NCBI GenBank assembly: GCA_028716265.1
Contig: JAQUQD010000002.1
Coordinates: forward strand, 6,882-70,881
From: Bacteroidales bacterium
Lineage (GTDB): Bacteria > Bacteroidota > Bacteroidia > Bacteroidales > JAGONC01
Direction of reading: 5' to 3'
Length of the DNA stretch: 64,000 nucleotides
Below, piece after piece: positions 1 to 9,451 of the stretch (its first letter is position 1; each line of letters opens with the position of its first letter). The notes below the pieces were generated by a model, which saw only the letters and a list, made by a program, of their open reading frames with translations, ran no database searches and was not told where the DNA came from. Both the position numbers and the translations under genes were made by a program.

Positions 1-724
1 CAAGGATGTCGGCTGGATATTTCCTTTCCGCTTCCTCTTTTTTTTTATAGAATTCAAAGACTTCCTGAACGTACGGGATGTCCAGAAATTCACACAACTT
101 TCCGAAATGAACCTCTGGATCGGTGACCAGGTCCTCGTAATGAATGAAATAAAAGGATTCAGGGTATCGCTTACTGGCTTTCAGGGCTTTTTTGTAAAAA
201 TATTTCCATTTATAGACCACCAGCGAGACGATGGGCAATTCAAAATCCACATTCCTTACCGATTCGTAATTATCGCGGTAATCGCGGAGAATGTAGATAA
301 AACGGGCATCCGGAAAAAGCTTCTTGAGACGGTGGGTATAGATGGTATAGCCGTGGTTTTTGTCGCCGATCAGCCGGACCTCCTTTTTGGAGTAGAATGA
401 GATATAGTTCAGATAGACCACCGTGCAGATATGGGCATAGGTGGTTATTCCCTTACATCCCTTAAGGTCACGCTGTAGTTTTGCATGATCGATGTTCCAG
501 GAACTGAACTGCCATTGCGTCAGAAGGTCAGCATAGAAATCCTCAAGAATTTCTTCAGACCACTCGGTAATTTTTCCGTACCGGGACTGAAGGTTCAGCA
601 TGAACTGGCATTCCCAGGGTATCTGTACGTTGGGATGCGCGTCAAACAGGGCCCGGAGAAGGGTAGTTCCTGTACGGGGCCTGCCCAGGATAAAAAAGAA
701 TGGTATGTCCGAAGGATTTGTCAT
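1..724 (-). CDS. sulfotransferase family protein (partial; 3' end runs off the window start)
   Basis: Absent from the ORF track because it has no stop in the window. My minus-strand translation from ATG 722-724 gives MTNPSDIPFFFILGRPRTGTTLLRALFDAHPNVQIPWE...FIYILRDYRDNYES. This shows a PAPS 5'-phosphosulfate loop (GRPRTGTT) and an RDxRD 3'-phosphate motif. The plus-strand ORFs 107-400 and 485-736 are its antisense shadows. Confidence 0.8.
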   Translation of the reverse strand, partial: MTNPSDIPFFFILGRPRTGTTLLRALFDAHPNVQIPWECQFMLNLQSRYGKITEWSEEILEDFYADLLTQWQFSSWNIDHAKLQRDLKGCKGITTYAHICTVVYLNYISFYSKKEVRLIGDKNHGYTIYTHRLKKLFPDARFIYILRDYRDNYESVRNVDFELPIVSLVVYKWKYFYKKALKASKRYPESFYFIHYEDLVTDPEVHFGKLCEFLDIPYVQEVFEFYKKKEEAERKYPADIL

Positions 725-815
725 CGGTCCGGCTGAGCCGGGCAAATATACCCTATTTGAACGCATATTTGACAATTCTTCTTATTTTCGCGCGACCATC
801 CATACAACAGAGCTC

Positions 816-1952
816 ATGATGGAAGTTGTGTTCAATAAACCTTACCTCACCGGCAAGGAAGCGCATCATCTGGCCCGCGTGGCGCTGTCGGGAAAACTTT
901 CGGGAAACGGTCAGTATACACAGATGTGTCATGATTTCTTCCAGCAGCGGTTTGGTTTCAGAAAAGCCCTGCTCACCACATCCTGCACGGATGCCCTCGA
1001 AATGGCTGCGATCCTGTGCAATATCCAGCCGGGGGATGAAGTGATCATGCCCTCGTTTACGTTTGTTTCCACGGCGAACGCATTCCTTCTCAGAGGTGCA
1101 CGGATCCGTTTTGCAGACACATATCCTCATTACCCCAACATCGATCCTGAATCCATCAGGAAGCTGATCAATGAAAAGACACGGGTGATCCTTGTGGTTC
1201 ATTATGCCGGGGTGGCATGCGACATGGACACGATCATGGCCATGGCCCGGCAGCATGACCTGATGGTGGTGGAGGATGCTGCCCATGCCATCGACAGCGG
1301 ATTCAGGGACAGGCCCCTGGGCGGGATCGGGCATTTGGGTGCCTTTTCATTCCATGAAACCAAAAACATCATCAGCGGGGAAGGAGGAATGCTGGTAGTG
1401 AATGATGACCGTCTGGTCAGCAGAGCGGAGATCATATGGGAAAAAGGCACGGACAGGGTCGCCTTCTCCAGAGGGGAGGTCGGCAAATACGTATGGAAAG
1501 ATATCGGTTCATCCTTTCTTCCTTCGGAGATCACTGCGGCGGTGCTGTACTCCCAGCTGGAGGAATTCGATGAGATCCAGTCCAAACGGAAACAGGTCTG
1601 GCAAACATATTACGAATACCTCAGGCCTCTGGAAAAAAGGAACCTGTTCAACCTGCCCCGCCTCCCCGAATGGTCCACAGTGAACGGGAACATGTTCTTC
1701 CTGATGGTCAGGGACATTGACGAACGAAGTGAACTGCTTGCATTCCTTAAACAGGAAGGAATCCATGCTGTCTTTCATTACCTGCCACTGCATTCCAGCG
1801 AGTATTTCCGGCCCAGGCACGATGGAAGGACCCTGCACCACACCGATCGTTTTGCCGGCGGTATCGTCCGGCTACCTTTTTACAATGAGATGACCGAAAA
1901 TGAGATCAACTATGTTGTGAATGCAATTCACAAATTTTACTCAAAGACCTGA
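816..1952 (+). CDS. wecE: dTDP-4-amino-4,6-dideoxygalactose transaminase-like PLP aminotransferase (DegT/DnrJ/EryC1/StrS family)
   Basis: ORF 600-1952; the homology-consistent start is ATG 816 (MMEVVFNKPYLTGKE). There is close colinear resemblance to E. coli WecE/RffA as I recall it: SCTDALEMAA, QPGDEVIMPSFTFVSTANAF, VHYAGVACDMD, FSFHETKN, EKGTDR, VFHYLPLH. Confidence 0.85.
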   Translation: MMEVVFNKPYLTGKEAHHLARVALSGKLSGNGQYTQMCHDFFQQRFGFRKALLTTSCTDALEMAAILCNIQPGDEVIMPSFTFVSTANAFLLRGARIRFADTYPHYPNIDPESIRKLINEKTRVILVVHYAGVACDMDTIMAMARQHDLMVVEDAAHAIDSGFRDRPLGGIGHLGAFSFHETKNIISGEGGMLVVNDDRLVSRAEIIWEKGTDRVAFSRGEVGKYVWKDIGSSFLPSEITAAVLYSQLEEFDEIQSKRKQVWQTYYEYLRPLEKRNLFNLPRLPEWSTVNGNMFFLMVRDIDERSELLAFLKQEGIHAVFHYLPLHSSEYFRPRHDGRTLHHTDRFAGGIVRLPFYNEMTENEINYVVNAIHKFYSKT

Positions 1953-1953
1953 A

Positions 1954-1979
1954 TCTCTTCTCTCTCCTCTCTCATTTCC
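1954..1979 (-). repeat. GARAGGA-family heptamer array (about 3-4 units) between two convergent stop codons
   Basis: The plus strand is pyrimidine-only (tctcttctctctcctctctcatttcc). The minus strand reads GAAATGA GAGAGGA GAGAGAA GAGA, and its TGA is the stop codon of the 1972-5277 gene. The array fills the 19-nt gap between stops at 1950-1952 and 1972-1974. Confidence 0.7.
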
Positions 1980-4900
1980 ACACCGGAACTCTCCCCGGCG
2001 TCCACGGTGCTCCCACACGAACCAGTTCATCCTCCAGTACCCTGATATCTTTTTCCGCAACACTGCGGATCTTCTCCAAGACAGGAGGAAACTCCTCCAG
2101 CAAAATAGCATAATTGTCCTTCATTGACCTGGTCACGCTTGTCGAGTGCCAGTGTCCCCAGGCGATCGAACCCAAACGCTGATTCAGGGGAACAGGTCCC
2201 GGCGGATTTTCTTCGTCGCTCGGATTGTCGGTCTTTCCCGTGAAAAGAAATTTGTATGATTCCAATTTACTGCTGATCTGTTGTGCTTTAACAAGGAACT
2301 CGGGTGATATGCCCGGTGTGTTGTGACCTGCCTGTTTAATGGATTCAATTCGTTCCAGCAGCTCATCGATGGCACGCTGTGCTCCCTGCATGGCGCTGTT
2401 CAGGCTGGCCACGTTCTTCTGAAAAGTCACCAGTTCTTCCCTGTCTTTGACTGGTAAAGCATTGTTCTCCAATACATTGGTCGAAAACTCAACCGGTCCG
2501 GCCAGTTCTTTGTACTGACCATCATGGACCAGTCCCAGGCGCACCGCATACTTACCAGGCAGGGCAAAGCCGGCGTCCCCGCCTTCCGTCAGCGGGTCGA
2601 ACTGCCTGTTGCGCAGGTCAACAGGATACGTACCCTGATAACGCAGATTCCATGTTATGCGATGAATGCCCTTCTTCGGGGATTCATAGATTCGGCGGAC
2701 AATATTATTGTCTGTGTCCCTGATCGTAAAGACCAGGTAGGGTGCGATCTCCTCCTTTTCGGCAATGAGTTCCGCGTCCGTCGGGATCGGTATCTTTTCA
2801 CCTTTCTTGAACATTTCCTCCTCCTTTTCCTTGCGCAACTCCTTTTTTGTTTTGGGGACCTCCTTTACAAAATATGTGAACGTTGCACCGAATGGCCTGT
2901 TGGGTGCCGTATAGTGCATGGATCCGGGCTTATCACCTGAGCGGCTCTGGATATACATCAGTGCATCCTTCACCGGAAAGATGTATCCATCTTTTTCCCT
3001 GATCTCCGGTTTGAATTCCCTCAGGGGCGTGTAATCGTCGAGAATATAAAATCCCCGGCCGAAGGTAGCCAGAACCAGATCGTTTTCTCTTTTCTGGATC
3101 ACCATATCCCTCACTGCAATGGTTGGTATTCCTGATTTCAGCTGGATCCAGTTTTCTCCTCCGTTGTATGTAAAGAAAATCCCGAACTCGGTACCGCAAA
3201 AAAGCAGGTTCGGGTTGACATGGTCCTGCACAATCGTGTGGACAGTTCCATTCTGTGGCAGGTCACCCGCGATGGAGGTCCAGGTCCGCCCTTTATCTGT
3301 ACTTTTCAACAGGTAGGGTTTGAAATCATCCCGAAGGATATTATCGAAGGCAGCAAAAACCACGTTCTCGTCGTACAGGGAGGCGAGCAGGTCACTGACA
3401 TAGGTATATTCGGGTACGCCTGGAAACGACTCGATCCTGCGCCATGTCTTCCCGTCCTCTGTAACCTGAATCAATCCGTCATCCGTACCTGCATAGATGA
3501 GGTTTTCCCTGAGAGGTGACTCATCCAGGGAAATGATCGTTCCAAAAAGAGAAGTCGACCTGTCCTTGGCAACGGCGTCGATGCTCCAGTACTTTCCCAT
3601 GACCTGGAAGGTATTCCGGTCGATCTGGCGTGTAAGATCCTCGCTGATCACTGTCCAGGAATCTCCCCGGTCGTCGCTGCGTAACACTTTGTTGGCGCTG
3701 CAGTACAGACGGGTAGGCGAATGGGGGCTGATGAACAGGGGTGTGTTCCAGTTCCATTTATAGGTATCTTCTCCCTTTCGTGGTTCAGGGCGGATGGATA
3801 TGCTCTCGCCGCTTTTTCTGTCGTACCGGACCATGTTTCCATACTGTGATTCGGCGTAAATGATATCCTGGTTTACCGGATCAATGGCCGTCCAGAATCC
3901 ATCGCCGCCCTGGGTGATGTACCATTCTCCTCTGCTGACACCGTCCCTTGAGAGGTTTGAGGAAGGCCCTCCCATGCTGGCATTATCCTGGGTTCCGCCG
4001 TACACATGATAAAAAGGATACTGGTTGTCCACATTCACCCGGTAGAATTGAGTGACAGGAAGGTTCGACTTAAAGATGTAATTTGCTCCTTCGTCGAACG
4101 TCTCATAGATCCCGCCGTCCCCACCGATCATGAAATGGCGTGTATCATCCGGATCGATCCATAATGCGTGGTCATCCACATGCCTGTTGTTCATTCCAAT
4201 GGGCTGCCAGGTCCTGCCCCCATCCCGTGTCACATGGGAAATGGTTTCGACCGAATAGACCTTGTCGACCTCTTTCGGATCACAAAAGATCTCATTGTAA
4301 TATTGGCCGGACTCATGATGGTCGCTCATTTTTTCCCAGGTGGCCCCGCGGTTGCGGGAGCGGTAAAATCCACTCTGATCCCCTGCCGCTTCAATGATGG
4401 CATAGAGTACATCCGGGTTGACCGGGGAGATCGCCAGGCCGATCCCGCCCATATCGGTCGTGGGCAGCCCGCTGGTCAGCTTATCCCAGGTCTTGCCTCC
4501 GTCGGTGGTCTTGTAGATGGCCGTCTCAGGTCCGCCCCCGATCTTGGTGTAGATGTGTCGTCTCCGCTGCTCGGAGGAAGCATAAATGACATCTGGATCC
4601 CTCGGGTCCATCACCATCTCATTGATCCCCGTATTTTCACTGATGGACAGGATCTTCTCCCAGGTTTTCCCGCCATCTTTGGTCTGATACAGCCCCCGGT
4701 CTCCACCCGGACCCCATACCGATCCCTCGGCTGCCACATAGACGATATCTGAATTCTTTGGATGGACAATGATCTTCCCGATCTGGCGTGATTCCTTCAA
4801 TCCCATGTTCTTCCACGATTTCCCTCCGTTGGTCGATTTATATACTCCGTCGCCGTAACCAAGTGACCGCTGGTGGTTGTTCTCTCCCGTGCCGGCCCAT

Positions 4901-5277
4901 ATCACGCTGGTATTGCCAGGATCCAGAGCAAGACACCCGATCGCGTAGGCACCATAATTGTCGAAAATTGGCTCGAAGGTGGTGCCATTATTCACAGTTT
5001 TCCAGATATTTCCGCTGGCCACGGCTACATAGTATTCACTGTGGTCTGTGGGATTTACGGCAAAATCAGCAATCCTTCCCGATGTAAAGGCTGGACCAAT
5101 CGAACGGAACTTCAATCCGCTGAACAAACTGGATCGGATGGTGTCGCTGGCTGCTTCGTTATCCCTTTTTTGAGCAGTAACCATTTCAGAACAGAATAAA
5201 AGAGCCACCAGAATAAGACTCCATGATACGGCTCCGATTTTTAACATCATTTTAGACATAATGTAAAGATTTGGCAA
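1972..5277 (-). CDS. secreted BNR/Asp-box repeat protein (sortilin/VPS10-like, often annotated glycosyl hydrolase)
   Basis: 1101-aa ORF with an N-terminal signal peptide (MMLKIGAVSWSLILVALLFCSEMVTAQ). It carries at least 9 S-x-D-x-G-x-T-W Asp-box motifs, including STNGGKSWKN, TKDGGKTWEK, TTDGGKTWDK, TRDGGRTWQP, SDDRGDSWTV and STDKGRTWTS. The true start may be one of the internal Met codons at 5259-5247. Confidence 0.8.
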   Translation of the reverse strand: MPNLYIMSKMMLKIGAVSWSLILVALLFCSEMVTAQKRDNEAASDTIRSSLFSGLKFRSIGPAFTSGRIADFAVNPTDHSEYYVAVASGNIWKTVNNGTTFEPIFDNYGAYAIGCLALDPGNTSVIWAGTGENNHQRSLGYGDGVYKSTNGGKSWKNMGLKESRQIGKIIVHPKNSDIVYVAAEGSVWGPGGDRGLYQTKDGGKTWEKILSISENTGINEMVMDPRDPDVIYASSEQRRRHIYTKIGGGPETAIYKTTDGGKTWDKLTSGLPTTDMGGIGLAISPVNPDVLYAIIEAAGDQSGFYRSRNRGATWEKMSDHHESGQYYNEIFCDPKEVDKVYSVETISHVTRDGGRTWQPIGMNNRHVDDHALWIDPDDTRHFMIGGDGGIYETFDEGANYIFKSNLPVTQFYRVNVDNQYPFYHVYGGTQDNASMGGPSSNLSRDGVSRGEWYITQGGDGFWTAIDPVNQDIIYAESQYGNMVRYDRKSGESISIRPEPRKGEDTYKWNWNTPLFISPHSPTRLYCSANKVLRSDDRGDSWTVISEDLTRQIDRNTFQVMGKYWSIDAVAKDRSTSLFGTIISLDESPLRENLIYAGTDDGLIQVTEDGKTWRRIESFPGVPEYTYVSDLLASLYDENVVFAAFDNILRDDFKPYLLKSTDKGRTWTSIAGDLPQNGTVHTIVQDHVNPNLLFCGTEFGIFFTYNGGENWIQLKSGIPTIAVRDMVIQKRENDLVLATFGRGFYILDDYTPLREFKPEIREKDGYIFPVKDALMYIQSRSGDKPGSMHYTAPNRPFGATFTYFVKEVPKTKKELRKEKEEEMFKKGEKIPIPTDAELIAEKEEIAPYLVFTIRDTDNNIVRRIYESPKKGIHRITWNLRYQGTYPVDLRNRQFDPLTEGGDAGFALPGKYAVRLGLVHDGQYKELAGPVEFSTNVLENNALPVKDREELVTFQKNVASLNSAMQGAQRAIDELLERIESIKQAGHNTPGISPEFLVKAQQISSKLESYKFLFTGKTDNPSDEENPPGPVPLNQRLGSIAWGHWHSTSVTRSMKDNYAILLEEFPPVLEKIRSVAEKDIRVLEDELVRVGAPWTPGRVPVWK

Positions 5278-5385
5278 AATTTTTGTTTTTAATCGTCCTG
5301 TTTTTCAGTTCGTGCAAGTTACCAATTAACAGGACACTCAGCAAAAAGCACTTTATAATTTGGAATATGTATAAATTAGTACCCC

Positions 5386-6612
5386 ATGAAAAAAACCATA
5401 TTACTATCTATCCTATTCATTACGAGTTATTTCATGGTTTTCTCCCAGGGCCGGATTCCCGTCAGGGGACCTTCTGGCCATGACAGAGACACCTACACGG
5501 AAAAGATCACCTATACTGGGATCCGGACCTCCCTTGTAGCGAAGTTCAGCGCTGATATCCGGAACGGAGTGAAACCCCTGTCTGTCTGTTTTACTGATGA
5601 ATCTGAAGGAACTCCTGTATCATGGGCATGGGACTTCGGTGACGGAAGCACCAGTACCCAGCAGAATCCCACCTACACTTACCTCACGGAAGGAAAGTAC
5701 AATGTGTCGCTGACCATTTCCGACGGAACGAATACGTACACTCTTAAAAAGGAAAATTACATCACCGTGCTGTCCGGACTGCCGACGTGCGATACCCTGA
5801 ATTACCCCCTGACAGGTACCTATACCTACTATATCGATACCGTTGGTGAGAACGGCTATGTGTCAGGCAATAACAAATTTCAGGATAAGGCAAAAGCCAA
5901 TTATTTTGCGGAATACCCGGAAAAGGTGGAGATCCGGGGTCTCCTTGTGGAGTTCGCGGTGGCTGTCCGGAAAACAGGCAGCAATCCTCAGATAACCTTT
6001 GCCATATGGGATAACACCGGTCCGCAGGGTTCACCGGGAGCCGTGAAGAAAACGGCCTCTCTCCCCCTTTCACAGATTGCCGAGGATGTGAGCGATAACA
6101 CCTTCACCTACGTACAATTTGATGATCCGCTATATGTCACTGCTCCATTTTATGCGGGCGTGATCCTTCCCACCATGGTCGGAGACACGGTGGTCTTCTG
6201 GACCAATACGGATGGGGATTCAGAGCCCGGTATGGGATGGGAACAATGGTCCGATGATCGCTGGCTCCCTTATTCAGATACGACTGACGGCTGGAACCTT
6301 TACATATCCAACGCCATTTTCCCCATTGTATGTGCTTCTACACAGGGAATGGAAAATATTCTGAAAGCTGAAGACATTCTGATCTATCCGAATCCCGCGA
6401 CGGACAAGGTCACGGTGAAGCTTGACAAATCAGGACTTTCGTCGGTGAAGATCAGCCTGTACAACATCATGGGCGGACTGATGAGCATATCCACAAAACA
6501 CCTTTCCCCATCCTCCATCACCATCCCTCTCGACGGATATACGAAAGGTCTGTATTTTATGATCATTGAGGCCGGGAATCAGAAGATTACACGTAAGATA
6601 CATATAATTTGA
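5386..6612 (+). CDS. PKD-domain protein with T9SS C-terminal sorting domain
   Basis: Signal peptide MKKTILLSILFITSYFMVFSQ. PKD signature VCFTDESEGTPVSWAWDFGDGSTSTQQNPTYTYLTEGKYNVSLTISDG. C-terminal Por-secretion tail LIYPNPATDKVTVKL...GLYFMIIEAGNQKITRKIHII. Confidence 0.85.
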   Translation: MKKTILLSILFITSYFMVFSQGRIPVRGPSGHDRDTYTEKITYTGIRTSLVAKFSADIRNGVKPLSVCFTDESEGTPVSWAWDFGDGSTSTQQNPTYTYLTEGKYNVSLTISDGTNTYTLKKENYITVLSGLPTCDTLNYPLTGTYTYYIDTVGENGYVSGNNKFQDKAKANYFAEYPEKVEIRGLLVEFAVAVRKTGSNPQITFAIWDNTGPQGSPGAVKKTASLPLSQIAEDVSDNTFTYVQFDDPLYVTAPFYAGVILPTMVGDTVVFWTNTDGDSEPGMGWEQWSDDRWLPYSDTTDGWNLYISNAIFPIVCASTQGMENILKAEDILIYPNPATDKVTVKLDKSGLSSVKISLYNIMGGLMSISTKHLSPSSITIPLDGYTKGLYFMIIEAGNQKITRKIHII

Positions 6613-6648
6613 TTTTTGATCTTTATTGCCTTTTCCGGTGAATATCAC

Positions 6649-6656
6649 TATATTTG
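6649..6656 (+). promoter_or_regulatory. putative Bacteroidota -7 promoter box (TAnnTTTG) for the usp gene
   Basis: TATATTTG lies 28 nt upstream of ATG 6685. Confidence 0.45.
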
Positions 6657-6684
6657 TCCTCTGCTTGTTTTTGAAAAATAGGAT

Positions 6685-7146
6685 ATGCATCGATTCTTAC
6701 AGACCATTCTCGTTCCTGTGGATTTTTCAGACCTGGCCGTGGATGTCATCCAGATGGCCACGAACCTGGCCACAGCATTCAACAGCACCATACGGCTGGT
6801 CCATGTGGTTGCCCGGCAGTATCCATATTATGTGGGACTGGAGATGGGTTCCGAAGTTCTGCAAGACATTCAGACAGAAGATCTGGATAAAGTGGAGAAT
6901 GATCTCAAGGCAATGGAGTTGTTCATTAAGCAAAAGGACATCGAGGTTACATCGGGGCTGCTGGAAGGCAAGAAAGTCAACGCGATCATTGAAGAAAGCA
7001 ACCGGATCGAAGCCGATCTGATCGTGATCGGTTCTGAGACCCTGGGGCTTTTTTCACGGACATTTCTTGGGAGTGTGAGTGAAGGTGTACTTCGCAAAGC
7101 CAGCTGTCCTGTGCTCATTGTCCAGGAAAGGGACAACCATTCCTGA
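6685..7146 (+). CDS. universal stress protein (UspA family)
   Basis: 153 aa. ILVPVDFSDLA at the N-terminus and GSETLGLFSRTFLGSVSEGVLRKASCPVLIV at the C-terminus, the typical Usp ATP-binding fold motif. Confidence 0.85.
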   Translation: MHRFLQTILVPVDFSDLAVDVIQMATNLATAFNSTIRLVHVVARQYPYYVGLEMGSEVLQDIQTEDLDKVENDLKAMELFIKQKDIEVTSGLLEGKKVNAIIEESNRIEADLIVIGSETLGLFSRTFLGSVSEGVLRKASCPVLIVQERDNHS

Positions 7147-7186
7147 AGACTATCTGCCAGGATTCACATGGCCTATGCTGACCTCA

Positions 7187-8362
7187 TCAACCAATCACCG
7201 GTGCCCGTTTGAATGGTTTTGACCGGTCGAACAGATAGCGGTAGGTATGATGTGTTTTGGCGACCTTTCCCCCGATCTGTTCCACCACGTGGATCATCTT
7301 GGGATTGAAATCGCCGATCCAGTTCATTTCTATCTCGTCATACGGAAAGTCTGGTTTAAAGGCCATTCGGGTGAAAGAGACCACGAGCGCTGCTTCGACA
7401 CCCTTTCCCTGGTGTTCGGGTACCACACCGAAAAGAACTCCCAGCAACTTCCTGCAAATCCTGATTTTCTTGTAATATAAAAACCTTAGTTTATTGATGA
7501 GGTGAAGTTTCCCGTTCATGAATTTAAAGATCTGGTTGAGTTCGGGCAGCATGAAGAAGAAGGCGACCGCTTCGTTCCGGTAATAGGCAAACCAGAGCAG
7601 GTCGGGTTCAAGGATGGATTTGAGCTTCTTAAACAGGGACTTCGCCTGGGCGGGAGACATCTGTGCCACGCCGGAATGTTTTCCCCAGCTTCTGTTGTAC
7701 ACCTGCCTGAAATCCTCTATCGACAGCTGCATTTTTGCTTTCTCCAGGGGACGGAAAGAATAGTCGGGATTCAGAAGGATCTTGTCCGCCTTTTTTCTGA
7801 CCACGTCCATCAATTCATCTTTCACCATCCTGTGGAAAGTAAACTGTTTAAAATATAGCTGGAAGCCGTAATTCTCGAAGAGGTCACGGTAATATCCGAA
7901 GTTATAGGGTGTGCAATAATTGGGTTCTGCAAATCCGTCCACCAGCAATCCCCACCATTCATACCGTTCCCCGAAGTTGACCGGGCCGTCCATGGCCTCC
8001 ATTCCCTGTGACCTGAGCCACTCCCTGCACTGGTCGAACAGGGCTGAGGCTGCTTCCTGGTCATGGATGCAGTCGAAGAATCCCATGCCTCCGGTGGGCT
8101 GATCGTTCTTTTCGGCCGTTTTGCGGTCGATGAAGGCAGCGACGCGGCCCACGGTCCTTCTATTTTCATCCCGGAGTATCCACCGTGTGCACACTCCCTG
8201 CCGGAAAAGCTTGTTCTGGGTTGGGTCAAACACTCTTTCCACATCCTTGTCCAGGGGACGGATGTAGTTTCTGTCTTTCCTGTAGAGCCGGACAGGCAGC
8301 AACAGGAATTCCTTTCTGCTTCTGCGGTCGTTCACTTCAACGATCGTGTACTTTTTCTCCAT
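7187..8362 (-). CDS. conserved GNAT-fold-like protein of unknown substrate
   Basis: 391-aa ORF. The N-terminal half (IVEVNDRRSRKEFLLLPVRLYRKDRNYIRPL...TRWILRDENRRTVGRVAAFID...QPTGGMGFFDC...AMDGPVNFGE) matches a family I recall being annotated GNAT N-acetyltransferase in Bacteroidota. No characterised member is known to me. Confidence 0.55.
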   Translation of the reverse strand: MEKKYTIVEVNDRRSRKEFLLLPVRLYRKDRNYIRPLDKDVERVFDPTQNKLFRQGVCTRWILRDENRRTVGRVAAFIDRKTAEKNDQPTGGMGFFDCIHDQEAASALFDQCREWLRSQGMEAMDGPVNFGERYEWWGLLVDGFAEPNYCTPYNFGYYRDLFENYGFQLYFKQFTFHRMVKDELMDVVRKKADKILLNPDYSFRPLEKAKMQLSIEDFRQVYNRSWGKHSGVAQMSPAQAKSLFKKLKSILEPDLLWFAYYRNEAVAFFFMLPELNQIFKFMNGKLHLINKLRFLYYKKIRICRKLLGVLFGVVPEHQGKGVEAALVVSFTRMAFKPDFPYDEIEMNWIGDFNPKMIHVVEQIGGKVAKTHHTYRYLFDRSKPFKRAPVIG

Positions 8363-8377
8363 TTGTTTCCTTTCGTC

Positions 8378-9451
8378 CTAGTGGAATTCTGAATTGCCGT
8401 TATGCCACTGGCATAGCGTGAGGATGGCCTCCCTGTCAGGGGTGATGATCCCTTTCTCTGTAATGATTCCTGTGATCAGTCCCGACGGAGTAACATCGAA
8501 GGCAGGATTCCGGGCGTTCATACCGGGCATACCTACCGACACCTCCGCCATGGTACCTGTATGTTTCAGGAGACCCTGCAGGAAGAGCACTTCACCAGGG
8601 TCCCTCTCTTCAATGACGATGCCTCTCCCATCCGTAATGGTGGTATCTATCGTCGAGGTAGGGGCTGCAACATAGAAAGGGATGCGGAACTCCCTGGCAG
8701 CGATGGCCAGGCTCAGTGTCCCTATCTTATTGGCCACATCACCGTTGAGGGCAATGCGATCCGCTCCGACGATGACCAGGTCTGTCTCTCCGCGCGACAT
8801 CAGGTAGGCCGCTGCATTGTCGGCGATGACAGTACAGGGTATGTTTTCCTGTTGCAACTCCCAGGCTGTAAGGCGGGCTCCCTGGTTTCGCGGTCTTGTT
8901 TCGTTGATCCATACGTGAAGCCTTTTACCAGACCTATGGGCCATGTATACCGGTGACAGGGCGCTTCCGTAATCGACCAAACCCAGCCAGCCCGCGTTGC
9001 AGTGCGTCTGGATACGGCAGCCGTGGTGAATCAGCTGCTGTCCGTTCTCGCCAATTAGCCGGCCATCGCTGGCATTCTTATCCGCAATCGCCTGGGCTGC
9101 TGACACCGCTTCACCGGGAGAGCTCAATCCCGCCCGGAAGACTTTCTCCACTGCGGCGAAAAGATCACGGGCCGTGGGGCGGGAAGCTTCGATGGTTTTC
9201 CTTGCACCTGTAATGAACGCTTCATACCCGGTAAAGGGTGCTTCCAGGCATGCCTGAGCCATGGCGAAACCTGCGGCAGCGCCGATGGCGCCGGCTCCCC
9301 TGACCAGCATCACACGGATCGCACGGACGGTCTCCGTAAAGGTCAACGATTCATGGATCTCAAAACGATACGGGAGGAGATGCTGATTGATCATGCAGAC
9401 TTTTGATCCGATCATCCAGATGGTCCGGTAATCCTTCCCCTGTACGCGCAT
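8378..9451 (-). CDS. mtnA: S-methyl-5-thioribose-1-phosphate isomerase (eIF-2B alpha/beta/delta family)
   Basis: 357 aa. Motifs: INQHLLPYRFE, VRGAGAIGAAAGFAMAQA, NAGWLGLVDYGSALSPV, ETRPRNQGARLTAWEL, VIVGADRIALNGDVANKIGT. Confidence 0.85.
   Translation of the reverse strand: MRVQGKDYRTIWMIGSKVCMINQHLLPYRFEIHESLTFTETVRAIRVMLVRGAGAIGAAAGFAMAQACLEAPFTGYEAFITGARKTIEASRPTARDLFAAVEKVFRAGLSSPGEAVSAAQAIADKNASDGRLIGENGQQLIHHGCRIQTHCNAGWLGLVDYGSALSPVYMAHRSGKRLHVWINETRPRNQGARLTAWELQQENIPCTVIADNAAAYLMSRGETDLVIVGADRIALNGDVANKIGTLSLAIAAREFRIPFYVAAPTSTIDTTITDGRGIVIEERDPGEVLFLQGLLKHTGTMAEVSVGMPGMNARNPAFDVTPSGLITGIITEKGIITPDREAILTLCQWHNGNSEFH

Noticed and set aside
107-736. Plus-strand ORFs 107-400 and 485-736, and the 5' extension 600-815 of the aminotransferase ORF.
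   Set aside because: They lie antisense to, or overlap, a minus-strand reading frame with clear sulfotransferase motifs. The WecE homology begins only at ATG 816.
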